DNA of 64,000 nt from Octopus vulgaris (GCA_951406725.2 OX597835.1:45198001-45262000), one strand, 5' to 3'; positions 28,540-42,653 are shown, numbered from the stretch's first letter. Notes: generated by a model not told the origin, from the sequence alone. Program-made: numbers and translations.

Positions 28540-29820
28540 AAATACAACCGCAATACCCGAAAGACAATGCTAATGTATGATGCCCTCCACCCTAAGATGA
28601 ATTTACTCAGGCTCTAAATGAAGAGGAAGAAGGTTCGAGGTGGGCTGATTAGCATACGGAAGAGCATCAACAGTGACAGAAGAAACATGGCAGAAGATCT
28701 GCTAGAGCATGCTGCTAATGCAGAAGGACTTACCGAAATTGGACTTGAGTGCGAAAAAGGACTTCCGATCCTGAACAGCCAACAAGAGAAGAAACCATAA
28801 TATGCATGGAATTACATGGTCAGTTCCACCATGAAACTAACGAATTTAAAGACCAGGAAGCACCATGGAGGTGACTCAGCAAGGGTGACCTGAAAAAGGA
28901 TACGGAAAGCTTAATTATCGCAGGCCGGCATCACGCATTGCATAGCAACACAGTGAAAAGGGATATTGAGTTCAAATTCCGCCGAGGTCGACTTTGCCTT
29001 TCATTCTTTCGGGGTCGATAAATAAAGTACCAGTTACGCACTGGGGTCGATGTAATCGACTTAATCCCTTTGTCTGTCCTTGTTTGTCCCCTCTATATTT
29101 AGCCCCTTGTGGGCAGTAAAGAAATATATATATAGCAGACAAGTGCAATGATCTTCTGCAGAAAATGTGGGAAGAAGGTCGAAAGCGTGATTCACAATCT
29201 TAGTGCGGAAAGAGTACGAGCACAGACACGACAGTGTAGCCGAAAACCTTCACTGGCTACTATGCCGCAAGTATGGATACGAGGTAACGGGTGCTTGGAA
29301 CAAACAAACGCCAACAAATGTACTGAACGGAAAAGAGAAGACAAAAATCCTCTGGGACTTTGATTTCGAAACAGACAAGATGTTAGATTACCGAAGGCCA
29401 GACATTGTAAACGTTAGTAGGGACAAAAACAAGAGTGTCAAACAAATGACGTGGCAATGCCATAAAGACCATTCCAGAAGATTACGACAGAAAAAAGTGG
29501 ATAAATATGGAGACCTGAGAATTGAGATCGCAAAGATGTGGCAGCTACGAGAGTCAAACATAAAGGTTATCCCTCTTCTCATCGGGGCATGGGGTTCAAC
29601 ACCAGCCAAAATAAAAATAAAAAAACATCTGGAAAGTTTAGAAATACGCTACGGTCTAGGTGCATTGCAAAATTTGGCATATCTGGGAACGGCACGCATA
29701 TTGCATAAAATACTGTTTGTTAGAGGTCATTGTTGTGACTTGTCAGACAGTACAAACCTCAGGTTGACACAATTTCTTCAATCAACAACATCACGATATT
29801 GGATACTGTGCGGCGTCTTA
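28540..29820 (+). mobile_element. RLE-type non-LTR retrotransposon 3' portion, with a SINE A inserted at ~28968-29125
   Basis: LHGQF, CRKCG, RHD, ILWDFD, RPDIV, KVDKYGDL, GTARIL motifs. Ends in (AAT)n. Confidence 0.85.
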
Positions 29821-29885
<65 letters not shown>

Positions 29886-29892
29886 TAATATG

Positions 29893-29952
<60 letters not shown>

Positions 29953-31224
29953 GTAATAATGATAATATGATAATAATAATAATAACGGAAAAAAACTAAA
30001 CAAAATTAGGATTACGAACATTTTTTATCCCCCGGGTCGTGTTTACATCCTACGAAACGAACTATCAACCTAAGATTAACTCAATAACCTTTTGAGAGGT
30101 GTAAAAAAATTGCAACAAGCTTTACCAGAACCATAATTCTCATTATTTTTTCTCCTTTCCCTGCAACATGTCACTGCTAATTCTAAATCACACCGGAGTG
30201 AAACGTCCAATTTGCTGCTATTTGAAGTCACTGGGTGAGACTTGGAACAGCTCGTAGAAAACAAACCAGCCACAACAAAAGTAATTATGATGGAACTAAT
30301 TTCTGATTTAGTTACCGAAGTGTCGAGGGATGGGTTCAATCGATACCATTGAACAATGCCGTCATCGAAAGGATGAAATAAAAATTAACCTCGGCGGCTC
30401 GGCCGGATGTGAACAACAACAACAACAACAGCTGCAGCAGCACTAGTATTGGCAGCAGCAGCAGCTGTAGTTGTACTACTACTAGTAGTAGCAGTTGAAA
30501 CAATGTTAGCCATAAAGTAAGAGTAATAACTACTGCCTTCAGAAAACAAGTTTAAAATCTGACGTAGGAAGATTATATTTACTGTGAATACAGGATGTTA
30601 GCTATAGATAAAAAGAAAATATTTACTGTCTTCAAGAAAGCTAACAGATAAAAAAATAATGGATGGAGTGAGTGAAGAATCGAGAATCAACAAAAGAAAT
30701 GGTATAAATTGTAAAATCTAATCTAAAACAAAAGGGTGTTTTAGAAGGAATGCTAAAAACAATGGTAATTGTCTCTATAGCCAATACCTAAATATTATTG
30801 ATTAAGATCGGAAATGCAAACATTCGCGACTTTGGCAGAGTGCCACAGGACCGAAAATTGATTCTGGAGCGTGTTTGATTGCAGCAATGGATTTCCTGCT
30901 TTTTATTTGTAACCACCAAAAGCAGACAAGGAAACAGAAGCAGTTAAATAACCGCAGAATATGGAGAGAAACTGGTAAGACACAGTGAACTGCGTCACTT
31001 GCTGCCCTGTGCTTTCCAACATGGAATTTCTCTACAGACATACCAGTAGTGGAACTGGATAACGTGTCGGCATTATCCAGTACTCATAGAATCGAGATGG
31101 ATCAAATATCGAACTGAAAAATAAATTGCCTGATTGCTGCATATTTCAAGCAACGGAGACAAGTGAACCAAACCTATCACCCGGAACCAATATTGTTATG
31201 AAATCTCCTTCCTAACAATAAAGG

Positions 31225-31475
31225 GGGTAAAAACCCCCTTCGGTCATGAATGACCATGGGATTGCACCTAGAAAGTTACCCTCCTAGACACAAGTCCGGG
31301 CAAGGTTGTTTATGGAAGACCAGCAGTCGCCCATGCATACAAGCCTCCCCTCTCCACGCCACCAGTGTTATCCAAGGGAAAGACAAAGGTCGATACAGCT
31401 TGGTACCTGTGACGTCGCAACTCATTTCTACAGCTGAGTGAACTGGAGCAACGTGAAATATAGTGCCTTGCTCAA
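31225..31475 (-). mobile_element. CORE-like SINE, family E, nested in a decayed RLE remnant (~30540-31560)
   Basis: Shares TTGAGCAAG..ATTTCACGTTGCTCCAGT with family D but has a different tail. Flanks read as interrupted ..PNIV and KKCFFIDVAV RLE motifs. Confidence 0.6.
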
Positions 31476-32229
31476 ATAAGAACGAAAATAAAGAAATGCT
31501 TCTTCATCGATGTAGCAGTCAAAATTGACGGCCAAATATTTCTAAATAAAATACTGAAGTTTTTTTACAGAGAATAATTCATGGGTTCATGTAGAACAGA
31601 ATAAGAAAGAAACCGAATACTTATGTATCTACTAATTTTTAATACGTTCTGGTACATTCAAAAGAGCAGTGATCAAATATTCTGGTTAGAATCTTGTCAA
31701 ACTGTATTAAGAATGAATAGATACATTACTCTTTGGATTCTCACTGTTCTTCGTGTTTGGATTCTTGCTGTTCGTCATTTTAGCAGACATCAAAACGCAG
31801 AAGCAAATAATTTATTCCTTTTGAAAACAGCTCATATTATCAGATTCCTCGTTTGGCAAGGGTAGTTTTAACGGAAGGCAAAATAGCAAGGTCGAGTTAT
31901 TGTGCTATTTCAAAGTCTCCTTACATCGGTGATTTGAGTGTGTTATGAAAAGCACATCGTCTAATCGCTGGACGTGCTCTCCGATGGCATAAAACAGCAG
32001 TGATAAGATATTCAAGTTCGAATCAGCCAGGAGGTATAACTAATAAATAGATACTATTTACGGATAAAAATCTTAGTATTAGAGACATACAAAATATGAA
32101 TACGTAAAAATAAAATCATTCACTTTAATAACAGGCTTTTCACTATGGTTAAAAACCTTACAGGCAGATATATAAGAGTAACTTCAGAATGTACAAATAT
32201 AAAAAGAGCAGCGATATTTTCAATAATCT

Positions 32230-32800
32230 CATCTCCTGTAAGGACGCACCTTTTTAGGGGATTCGGTTTCGCATTCTATAGAAGTTATAGGGCGCTGCTC
32301 CATGTGGTCCCCCAGTTTCCATGTAAGTAGGAATATTAGGGTCCCATCTATTGTCTTGTATTCAAGACCCTCTGCATCACTTAATTCAGAGCCAGGAATC
32401 TGATCTGTTAAGGGCCTGCCGATGATTAAATCCACGCCCTGCTGTCGACGCTTCGATTTATTGTTGTTAAGGTTTTGCCTGTCTCCTACCCTTCGACCTA
32501 TCTGACCTGATAAAACCTGCCTGAAGATTTCTCTCCCTACAGCATAGGTCTCCGGGTCAACGGAGCACACAGGCACTTCTCCGCGACAAAATACTTATTG
32601 AATTGGCCGTTGACTACACACTGGATCTTCCGCCCTTTGACGCGTCTTATTTTTCGTTCCGCAGGGTGTCCAACAATCACCCCCTCACCAAGTAAGCTTG
32701 ATGGGCTTTGCCAGTTTAGTCGCCGAAACCCGACCATGCGACTTATTTTAAATAAGTGTAGATTATTACACCGAATAAATTTTAACACATGCACAAAACA
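32230..32800 (-). pseudogene. decayed gypsy-type pol (protease to RT start)
   Basis: VKGRKIQCVVNG resembles a protease active-site region. EQRPITSIECETESPKKVRPYR resembles the RT N-terminal PYR motif. Confidence 0.45.
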
Positions 32801-33140
32801 AAAATTTTGATTTCCCACAAGGTACAGGCATTCAGATATGCAAAGATTTGAAACAAAAATAATATCAACAAAGAAACTGAAGGCCATGAGCTGGCGGAAC
32901 TATTAACAGGCTGGGAAAAGAGCTTAACGGCATTTAGTACGTCCTTACGTTTTGAGTTTATATTCGACTAAGGTCGACTTTGCCTTTCACTATTTCGAGG
33001 GCGATAAAATAAGTACCGGTTGAGCATTGGATTACGTTGTAATCAACTTACAACGTATCCCGAAGATGCAGGCCTTGTGCCACATTTTGAAGAAAAATTG
33101 GAAGAACAATCACTATTACACAATGATGATGATGATGATG

Positions 33141-33196
<56 letters not shown>

Positions 33197-33200
<4 letters not shown>

Positions 33201-33754
33201 GCCCTGATGCAGTACCAGGCAGTGGCTCCCATGGCTTCTGATCTTAACTGATTGGAAGTGTGATCATGTACATTGTTTTGTCTTGGTATAAAAGATGGGC
33301 TACAGCAAATATTCTGCTCAATACCACAGATTTGCTTGTCAGTTGTTTGACCTTAACAAGTTGAGCATGACCCTTAGTGGCTGACGATATGTGCATCTTT
33401 GATCACGAGCAGAAGTAGTGGGGGAGCATCATAGCCATGTGTTGAGAGGGATCCTTTGGGGTTTGAATAATTCACCTCTGGAAACATGGGTGTTTCTTTC
33501 AACATCCTTAAACAACCCTTATTCAGGGACCTTTTGAGCGGAATGGGCTACTCAACCTGAAGAAAATTCTAACTGGGCCCCACCTTCAAGGTCATGTGCT
33601 GTTTATCTTGATATGAGATCACCATGTCGCGCACATATGGTTGTGATGCATGTGCCTGGTGTACCCTTATCAGACGGGTAGTCATGATGGGTATATTGGG
33701 CTTCGTATATTTTACCCCAGTGTCACTTTGATGGCATGAACTGCTCTCTCACTC
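33197..33754 (+). mobile_element. family C element, copy 4
   Basis: Reverse complement of copies 1-3 with the same termini. (TAA)n on both sides. Confidence 0.85.
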
Positions 33755-34080
<326 letters not shown>

Positions 34081-34081
34081 T

Positions 34082-35585
34082 AGCGTAGCTTGATACAGTT
34101 AGAAAACTACTATAAAATAACAACATTTGGACTAGCAAATTACTTAGAAACAAAGAGAAGAGCACTGCATGAAGTAAAGCAACATAAGAAAAATAAAACG
34201 CTTTTCCTAATACACAAAATACAAACCAAAAGAAAAGTACTGTGGCTCACTGACCTCAGATGACAAGGCAGAAATGGTCAGAGGGGCCAAAAAAAAAAAC
34301 ATTGAAACAGAATTACAAAAGATACTGAAGAAACTGAGAGAAAAACACTTCACAGCTAGTACTCTGTAAGGCTTGACAGAGAGGAAGTTAGCCCAAGTAA
34401 AAGCCAACAATGGCTCAAAAGCTCTGGACAAAACCTGACTATAAGCAATTATAACAACAAAATAATGAAAATAGACTTCCAAGCGAAATGAGAATGGACA
34501 ACCAGCACAATAAGACAGTTGACCACATCGTCCCTGGCTGCCCAGTCCTTGCCAAGTCTGAATATGTATGGCAGAAACATTAGCACGCCGGGCGAAAAGC
34601 GTAGCCGTATTTCGTCTGTCTTTATGTTCTGAGTTCAAATTCCGGCGAGGTCAACTTTGCCTTTCACCCTTTCGGGGTCGATAAATTAAGTACGAGTTAC
34701 GCACTGGGGTCGATATAATCGACTTAATCCGTTTGTCTGTCCTTGTTTGTCCCCTCTGTGTTTAGCCCCTTGTGGGTACTAAAGAATTGTATATATAGAC
34801 ACAACAGAGTAAGCACTTATATCCACTGAACAATATGTCAACATTACTTCATGAAAGCTGACAGCAGGTGGTACAAGCATGGGCCAAGCAAGGTACAAGA
34901 CAACGATCAGACCACAAACATTTGGGATATGCCGGTTCAAACTGACAAAGAAATAAAAGCTTATCGCCCAGACATAATAGTCAAGGATTGGGGTGGGGGG
35001 ACCTGCTCAGTTATTGACATTGCAGTTCCCTCTGATGAAAATTTTGTCAACAAAGAAGTGAAGAATCTGTCTAAGTACAAATACCTCGAAATTGAAGTAT
35101 TCAAAGTGTGGTGCATGATGCTAAAAAGAATACCAATAATAATTGGAGTATTGGGCATGATAAAAATGATAGGAACAAAACTGTTGAATTTATACCTGGA
35201 TCCTCAGCATTACACACTGCCCTAACTGTACTCCTGTAAGGAACAGCCCACATCATACGCCAGACACTATGAATCCAATAATACAACCAAAACAAGACAA
35301 TCTACACATACAAGACACTCTATACAGAATTTACCCAGTGAAATAAACACCCACCAGCAAGCTAGGAAACCAACGCAGTACACACTCATCAACAAGCAGT
35401 GACACAACAGAAGACAGTATCGCACCTCAAGGGAAGAAAACAAACACACTATAGAACCGGGAAGAGTTCGCACACTTACGACAGTAGAAAAGAACTCACA
35501 ATGCTTCACACTCACCAGGCACACCGAAGTGTAGCAGGTGATGCAGTAGAAATTTGCCTCAATCTAAAAATATTGAACAGTTATA
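34082..35585 (+). mobile_element. RLE-type non-LTR retrotransposon 3' portion, with a SINE A inserted at ~34570-34788
   Basis: TVDHIVPGC, WYKH, IWDMPVQTDKEIKAYRPDIIV, IDIAVP, SKYKYL, GTAHII motifs. (AAT)n flanks. Confidence 0.85.
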
Positions 35586-37749
35586 TAATAACAACAATAA
35601 TAATTATATCCGTTATGGCTGTAACAAATGTTCCAAAAACGCATCGAAAACAGCATTGATTACATTCAGGTAATTTTCTTTGCTTTAGTTTTAATTAATT
35701 TCATTAAGCATGGTGGAAGATACAATTCCCTGAAGCGTATGAAATCCTATGGTTTGACCTCCAGCTATATCGCCTTGGATTCCGGTTTCAAATACTGTTC
35801 TGCTTTACTTTTGCTCTTCTTTCTTCCGGATTTTATATAACAATTACACTCAAATATTTATTCAACGATACTCTACCATGAAACTCGTCTATGCTACGGG
35901 AAAATACTTTCAATGTCTCATTGTTTGAAAACATCAGAATATTTGAAACTCGGATGAAAACTTTCTTCCGGTTTTTACTTCATCTAATTTATTTCTGTAT
36001 TCAACTCCAAACAACTCAGTTTTGTCTATTATTCTTCCGGGCATTGAATTCCCCTGAAACCCTGGATTGGATTGAATCTAATGTCTCTTACCCCTACAAA
36101 TTACGTAACTGCATTTTATGATGTGAATCTTTTCTTTCATTAATAATTCTCAAGGGAGATTTTGTTTCTCTTTATGAAAGCAAGGACAATTACACGAAAA
36201 TGGCGGAAACGGTTTCTTAATTAAGTTGCTATTTAACCTAAGGGGATTAAGCATACAAAATAGGGAATGAGGCTATTGCAAACTCGGCTCAATGAAGGTT
36301 TATTATTTGCATTGTTGTTGGCATCCATAACTATAATGAAATTTATATAAAATGATAATTGATGAAGAGAGCTATGAATAATATATCAAGCTAGCAGTTA
36401 GTGGAGTCTGAAAGTCGGTTCTTAATTCCATGTTTTAAAATGTATTTCACTTAAACTAACTTAGAAATGTTCTGGTGGAAATCATGGATGCCACACAGAT
36501 ATTTATTGCTAGAGATATACTTGCAGACTAGACTAAACATGGGAGATATTAATAATACAAATAATTTGCGTCAAAGCTTTAGGAGACTCGGAGAAAATCA
36601 TTCTAAATGTATTGTATCATTTAATTGTTTGTCTCCAAGTAATTAGAGGCCAAAACATTTAAATTCTGACGTGGTCGATCTGTCTATTCTACGAATTCGA
36701 TAAAATGTATTAATATTCAATCAGCGCTTTAATCAACTCATCTTACATAACTTCGGCAACAGATATGACAAAACAGACATAGAGTGATTTCAAATTTTGG
36801 CGCAAGGCCTGCTCTTGTTGGCGTTTATGCAAGTCGATTATATCGACCCCGGTGCTCAACTGGATCTTATTTCATCGTCCTCAAAACGACGAAAGGCGAA
36901 GTCGTTCCCGGCGTCATTTGAATTCAAAATGTAAAATCGAAAGAAACGCGAAGCATTTTTCTGGCGTGGTAAAACACTGCGATATACTAAGAGTTAAACT
37001 ATAACGAAAGAGGTGCTAATGGCACTCAAAGACTAGGAAATCATCTCTAGAAATTCTTCAAAGAAAATTCTGTAGTAAAAGATTCCCACGGCTCATAAAT
37101 CTGACAAAGCAGCAATTGTCCTTGTAGCTGAAACTTAGTATGAACGACGGCCATTTAAAGTGTAGCTAACCGTGTCCAATTCACCACTGACTAAATAGTT
37201 TTATCAAAGATTCACAGATCCTTTCATTCTATTGTGTCTTCAACAATAATGGTCTTAAATTTTCCGTGATCAAATCACTTTCTGATAATTAATTAAGGCA
37301 GCCATTTAATATATGCCCATGATTTACCGTCTACTTTCTGCGTTAGTAAAGTTGTCGACTGTATAGCGTAAAGATATGTTAACTCTATATATTGTTGAGC
37401 CTCAAAACCGATTGCTATATGAGAAACTATAAGGGAAAACTAAGATGAACCAGGGGAAAGATTGTCCCGGACACTCAACCTAAGTAAAACAATTTCACAT
37501 GAGTTTCACATTATTTGCACTCGCTCCAACTTAAGGCAAAAGTGATTGTACTAATACTGAAAGTATCCCGTGGTTCGACGAGTGTTTATTACAAAATTTC
37601 ATCCTCCATATTTTTGAACGCAGAAAATAACAGCGTTGCTTGTAGAAGTTGCGATTTATTATCCTCAGTTCTGTAAGCAAATCAGTAGAAATAAGATGAA
37701 AAGCGTAACAGCCAGTCTTATTTCTTTATTGCCCACAAGGGGTTAATCT

Positions 37750-38070
37750 CTATCGTCGTTGTCGTCGGGTTACGCATCCGAGTACTTAATCTGTTGCAAG
37801 TAGTTGAGCCACTTCGTCCTCATGAGTAAAAAGGCTGTCGGTGCCAGAGGTAGCTGTTCAGACCAAGGGCGGTATAGAAGAACCGGAGGCAGTTATCACA
37901 AAGGGGAGCCACTGGGGAACGAGGAAGTGCGGTTCGCTCTTCGTGTCTTCGAAGTCTGATCCCTGCCTCTTCGTGCCTTCGAAGTCTGATCACTGCCTCT
38001 TCGTGTCTTCGAAGTCTGATCCCTGCCTCTTCGTATCTTCGAAGTCTAATCCCTGCCTCTTCGTGTCTGC
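37750..38070 (-). mobile_element. RTE-clade LINE 3' end with C-terminal zinc-finger-like motif
   Basis: Minus frame reads (AGIRLRRHEE)x4 RTALPRSPVAPL CDNCLRFFYTALGLNSYLWH, stop, short UTR, (GAC)n-like tail. Confidence 0.55.
37937..38068. repeat. 30-bp minisatellite, about 4.4 copies
   Basis: Unit CTCTTCGTGTCTTCGAAGTCTGATCCCTGC. Confidence 0.9.
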
Positions 38071-39022
38071 TATTTTCTCTCTGGTCCGTTCAGGGTAGTA
38101 AATGTAAGAGTACGCTATGAATATTTCCTTCTCCTTTTTAAGAGATAGGGAGGTGATATGAGATATACTTGTAACATGTTTTATGGAAGGCGCTGTTTAA
38201 GTTGTTGAGGAATTTGGGTAAGGTTCATAGAGCCGAGGGACCGATTCCTGAACCGTTCATGATTAACACGACCAATTACACGCTTTTCAAGTTTACTCGG
38301 TTAAAAATTGGTACCTGCCCGGCGTTGGTAAACGTTATGTATCGTAGCTATTGGCGGCTTTCGTTCTTAGTTCAAATTTCTCCGAGGTCAGCTGTGTTTT
38401 CAATCCTTTCGAAGTTGATTAAAGAAACAACCAGCCTGGAACCGGTGGTCGATGTACTTAAGCAACGCCCTCAACATTAAGACCTGCCAAAATTAGAAGC
38501 CATTATAACGCTATCATGTACAACCACAAACAAGCGCAGCAGATGAAAAATGCGCACGAGATTTGAGAGTTTACAAATGATTAATGACTGTTTCGTTTCG
38601 ATTATTGATTAGGTTTGCAGTTAAGAAGTCGGAGTCGTTAATCTATTTTCCAATATTTAATAAAATATTTCGGCGATGTTGTTAGAATTGTGATATATTT
38701 ATATTAAGTTCTCAGGGTGTAACTTTTATTATGAGAACGAACCGTTTACCTCCTTTCCTTATCTGGTTCTAGTCATTAAAATGCGCCCATGCTGGGGCAA
38801 CGCCTGGAATGTTTTAGCCTAATCAATCAACATCAAGCGTTTTCAATTGTGACACCCTGTAACTTATTCTATCGGTCCCTTATTGCCGACGTGCTAAGTC
38901 ACGGAGACGTAAACAAACCAGCACTGCTTGTCAAGCGGACACACACGCACACACAAATATATGTATATATATATATATATATATATAATAACAATTTAAT
39001 AAATAAAACATGCATACATATA

Positions 39023-40309
39023 CGAGGGGCGTTCAATAAATAATGCCCTTGACCCACTTCCCATAGCAGTAGAGCAACGAAACTTGGCACAGTTATTAGT
39101 CTTTTTCTACATAGGAACCACCCAGAGTTACGCATTTCTCCCATCGCTTGATGCGGCTCTAGAGACCGTTTTTGTAGAAGAACCCAGCTTGGTCCTCCAA
39201 CCTCAACGTGACTTCAGAAATCAAGGCTGCATCATCTGGGAAACGCTTTCCTTTCAAAAACAACTTCATGATTGGGAAGAGGTGAAAATCAGAGGGTGCA
39301 AGGTCAGAAAAGTAGGGGGATGGGGAGGAGTTCATAGCTATACGCCTGTGCTTCTGATCTGGCGACAAGCGAGTTGTGGACCGGAGCGTTGTCCTGCAGG
39401 AGGAGGATGCCTTTGCTGATCTTGCCCCGCCTCTTGATTTTGATAACTTCTCTTAATTTCCTCAAAAGTGAAGCATAATAGGCTCCTGCAATTGTGGTAC
39501 CCTTTGCCAGGAAATCTGTCATCACTACTCCGTCCTGGTCCCAGAAGACTGTGAGTATGACCTTGCCAGCGGAGGGCTGCACCCTTGCCTTCTTTGGAGG
39601 GGTGACTCACGGTGCTTCCACTGCATTGACTGGGCTTTGGTCTCTGGATCATCGTGATGGACCCAGGTTTCATACTGTGTAATCAGTCTTTTGAAAAATT
39701 TTGACTCATCTTCTTGGCACATCTCCAAATTCCCCCTCGAGCACTCGACGCGTTCTTGCTTCTGGAAAGGCGTGAGCAGCCTGGGAATCCATCTGGCAGA
39801 CACCTTTTGCATATGCAAATGGTCATGAATGATAGTTTCCACAGACCCGGTACTAATCTTGACCTCATGGGCTATTTGGCGAATAATTATACGTCGATCT
39901 TCCAAAATGGCAGCCTCAACTTGACGGACAGATGCCTCATCAATGGCAGAAGGGGCGACCAGATCTGGGAGCTGTTTCCACAGAGTTCCGACCATGTTTG
40001 AATTCACGATGCCAGCGTTTTACAAGGTCATATGATGGGGCATCATCACTATAAGTTACTTTCATTTCATCAAAAGTCTCCCGTGGTGTGCGTCCTTTCA
40101 AATACAAAAACCGGATCACTGCTCGACACTCAACAGGCTCCATTTCACACTTGACTCGGTTCAAACACCTGTAAATCGAAACCACAATTAATTCAGAGCT
40201 GTAATTTGCCACTTACTCTATAGACATAAAAATGATTGCACATGCAAAATTTCAGCTAGATCAAACAACTGCAAGTGGGTCAGAGGCATTGCTTATTGAA
40301 CGTCCCTCG
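39023..40309 (-). mobile_element. full-length mariner DNA transposon with frameshifted transposase
   Basis: Imperfect TIRs CGAGGGGCGTTCAATAA.../...TTATTGAACGTCCCTCG with TA on both sides. WIPRLL, (D>Y)ETW, QDNAP and YFSDLAPSD motifs are spread over several frames. ATG at 40143. Confidence 0.92.
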
Positions 40310-40916
40310 TATGTACATATATATCTATATGTATATACACATGCATATATATATATAGTACAGGACATCACAAATAAACGTAGAACATAACGAGAAACGA
40401 AAACATAAAATCAAACAAGGAAACGGACTTTCTTTAACAACGAAAAAACAGAGTACAAGACAAACAATACAAGGGACATTCCCCTTCATCATCTGCCTCT
40501 GGTTCGACTCGTGTTTCGAAGGTATATACATACATACATACATCCTTCGAAACGTAGAGTAGATGAAAGCTTTAGCGACTGAAGAAGGGGTTTTTTCTTT
40601 GTGTTAATTGTCCTGTATTCTATATTATTTTTTTGTTGTTTTTAAATATATGTCCAGTTCCTTTGGGTTGTGTCTGTTTTCGTTTCTCATTGTGTTCGAC
40701 GTCCTTTTGGTGTCCTGTACTCATATATGCGTGTATATGTACATGTAGAGGTAGGTACGTACTTATATATTTATATATATGCATATGTTTTACCTTATTT
40801 ATTAATATATTATATATATATATATATATATAATAAATATTAGGGAATAAATCCAAATTTACAGGGAAAAAATCAGATTTAGGATTAAATCCAATTTTAT
40901 AGTAAAATATTATATA

Positions 40917-41107
40917 ATATTAATTAGAGACAAAACCACTATTTTGCAAAACAAACAAGGAAAGACTTAATCAATACATAAAATTTTAATAAAAATGAAA
41001 CAATTGTAGTGGTGGTTTTTTTTACTTTTTTTTACTTTTTATTAAAATTTTATGTATTGATTAAGTCTTTCCTTGTTTGTTTTGCAAAATAGTGGTTTTG
41101 TCTCTAA

Positions 41108-41114
<7 letters not shown>
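40917..41114. repeat. perfect inverted repeat, 79-bp arms, 40-bp spacer
   Basis: 40917-40995 is the reverse complement of 41036-41114. Confidence 0.9.
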
Positions 41115-41155
<41 letters not shown>

Positions 41156-41168
41156 CATACATACATAC

Positions 41169-41231
<63 letters not shown>

Positions 41232-41331
41232 GAGCGAGAGAGAGAAGAAGAGATTGATAGATAGATATAAATGCGTGTGTGTGTGCGCGTTTGAATATGT
41301 ATATATTTATGCATGAATGTATGTAAGTATC

Positions 41332-41362
<31 letters not shown>

Positions 41363-42182
41363 GTATGCATGAATACCTATATTGATCTCCTTCTTTCAGT
41401 CGCACTGGATTATAGTCGATCATCTCGTGTATATTATTTTCAAATTCTGATTTGTATGAAATTGATTTATTGATTTTCAGGTGTTGACACACTAAAATGG
41501 AGGCTATGTGTCATAAATACGGAGCACCGTTCCACAGAGGATGTCAACGTGATGTCATAGAGTCGAACAGAAATACAGTTGTTCATAAATCTTTATGTGT
41601 TTGTGAGGGGTTTTACGAGTGTGAATGAAGAATATATGTTTCCAAATGAATTTTGAGAATAAACAACCGGTTTCTTTACTAGTGAGTATGTATTATTAAA
41701 TGTAAAGTTATATTAATTATGAAATTACTGCAGAATGTTCATCCGTTTTTGTTTGATCTTGGCAAGATGTTTTGACGAAACTCGAAGTCCACAATACGTA
41801 TGTGTGTTTGTATGCATGCATGTATACGTTTATATATATATATATATATATATAATCGAGTGAGAAAACGATATGGACGTTTTATTTTGGTGTCTCGCAA
41901 TGCCATATACGCCTATGAGGAGTTACTTTCCCAATGAAACTCGGTTGTTCCCAAACTTTTTCTCAAACCTGCTATAATGTGATACGTGTCCTTAGTGTGG
42001 TAATTGTACGCGGCTGAAGAATGCTTTTGACCTACCTGTTATATCAATTATGCATTGATATAAGTTTTTCAATAAAGCCCGAAACATATGTACCGCAGAA
42101 TCCTTTGCGTCCTGTTTTTCTTTTGACACACACACACACAGACACACACACACACGCACATACACACACACACACACACACA

Positions 42183-42270
<88 letters not shown>

Positions 42271-42653
42271 ATATATATCATGAGTGAATGTGGCGTCATC
42301 CAAACGATACTGAATTTTATCACTGATAATACAATCACGCCGTGTATTCAAATTCGTGATGGTGGCCCACGATAAAGTCAGGTCTTTGACTATGCCCCCT
42401 GGAACGAATTGGGGACGGAGACAAAGGCTTCCTTTTAGCTCAGCCACATTGCAGCCAGGTTCCTTTCTATTCAGCTACACCTCCGACATTACATTTTTTT
42501 TTATCAACACTTGCTCGGTATGTATGTATGTATGTATGTATGTATGTATGTATGTATGTATGTATGTATGTATGTATGTATGTATGTATGTATGTATATA
42601 TGTATGTATGCGTTATGCAGCTCTGTGTATGTATTTATGTACGCAGGTAGTAT

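Noticed and set aside
33375-33440. CTGACGA in family C as a hammerhead, or an HDV-like fold
   Set aside because: GAAG instead of GAAA, no proper stem II and no NUH site. HDV P1/P3 pairings not found.
37937-38068. 30-bp repeats as a CRISPR array
   Set aside because: Head-to-tail with no spacers, no cas genes, and a eukaryotic context.
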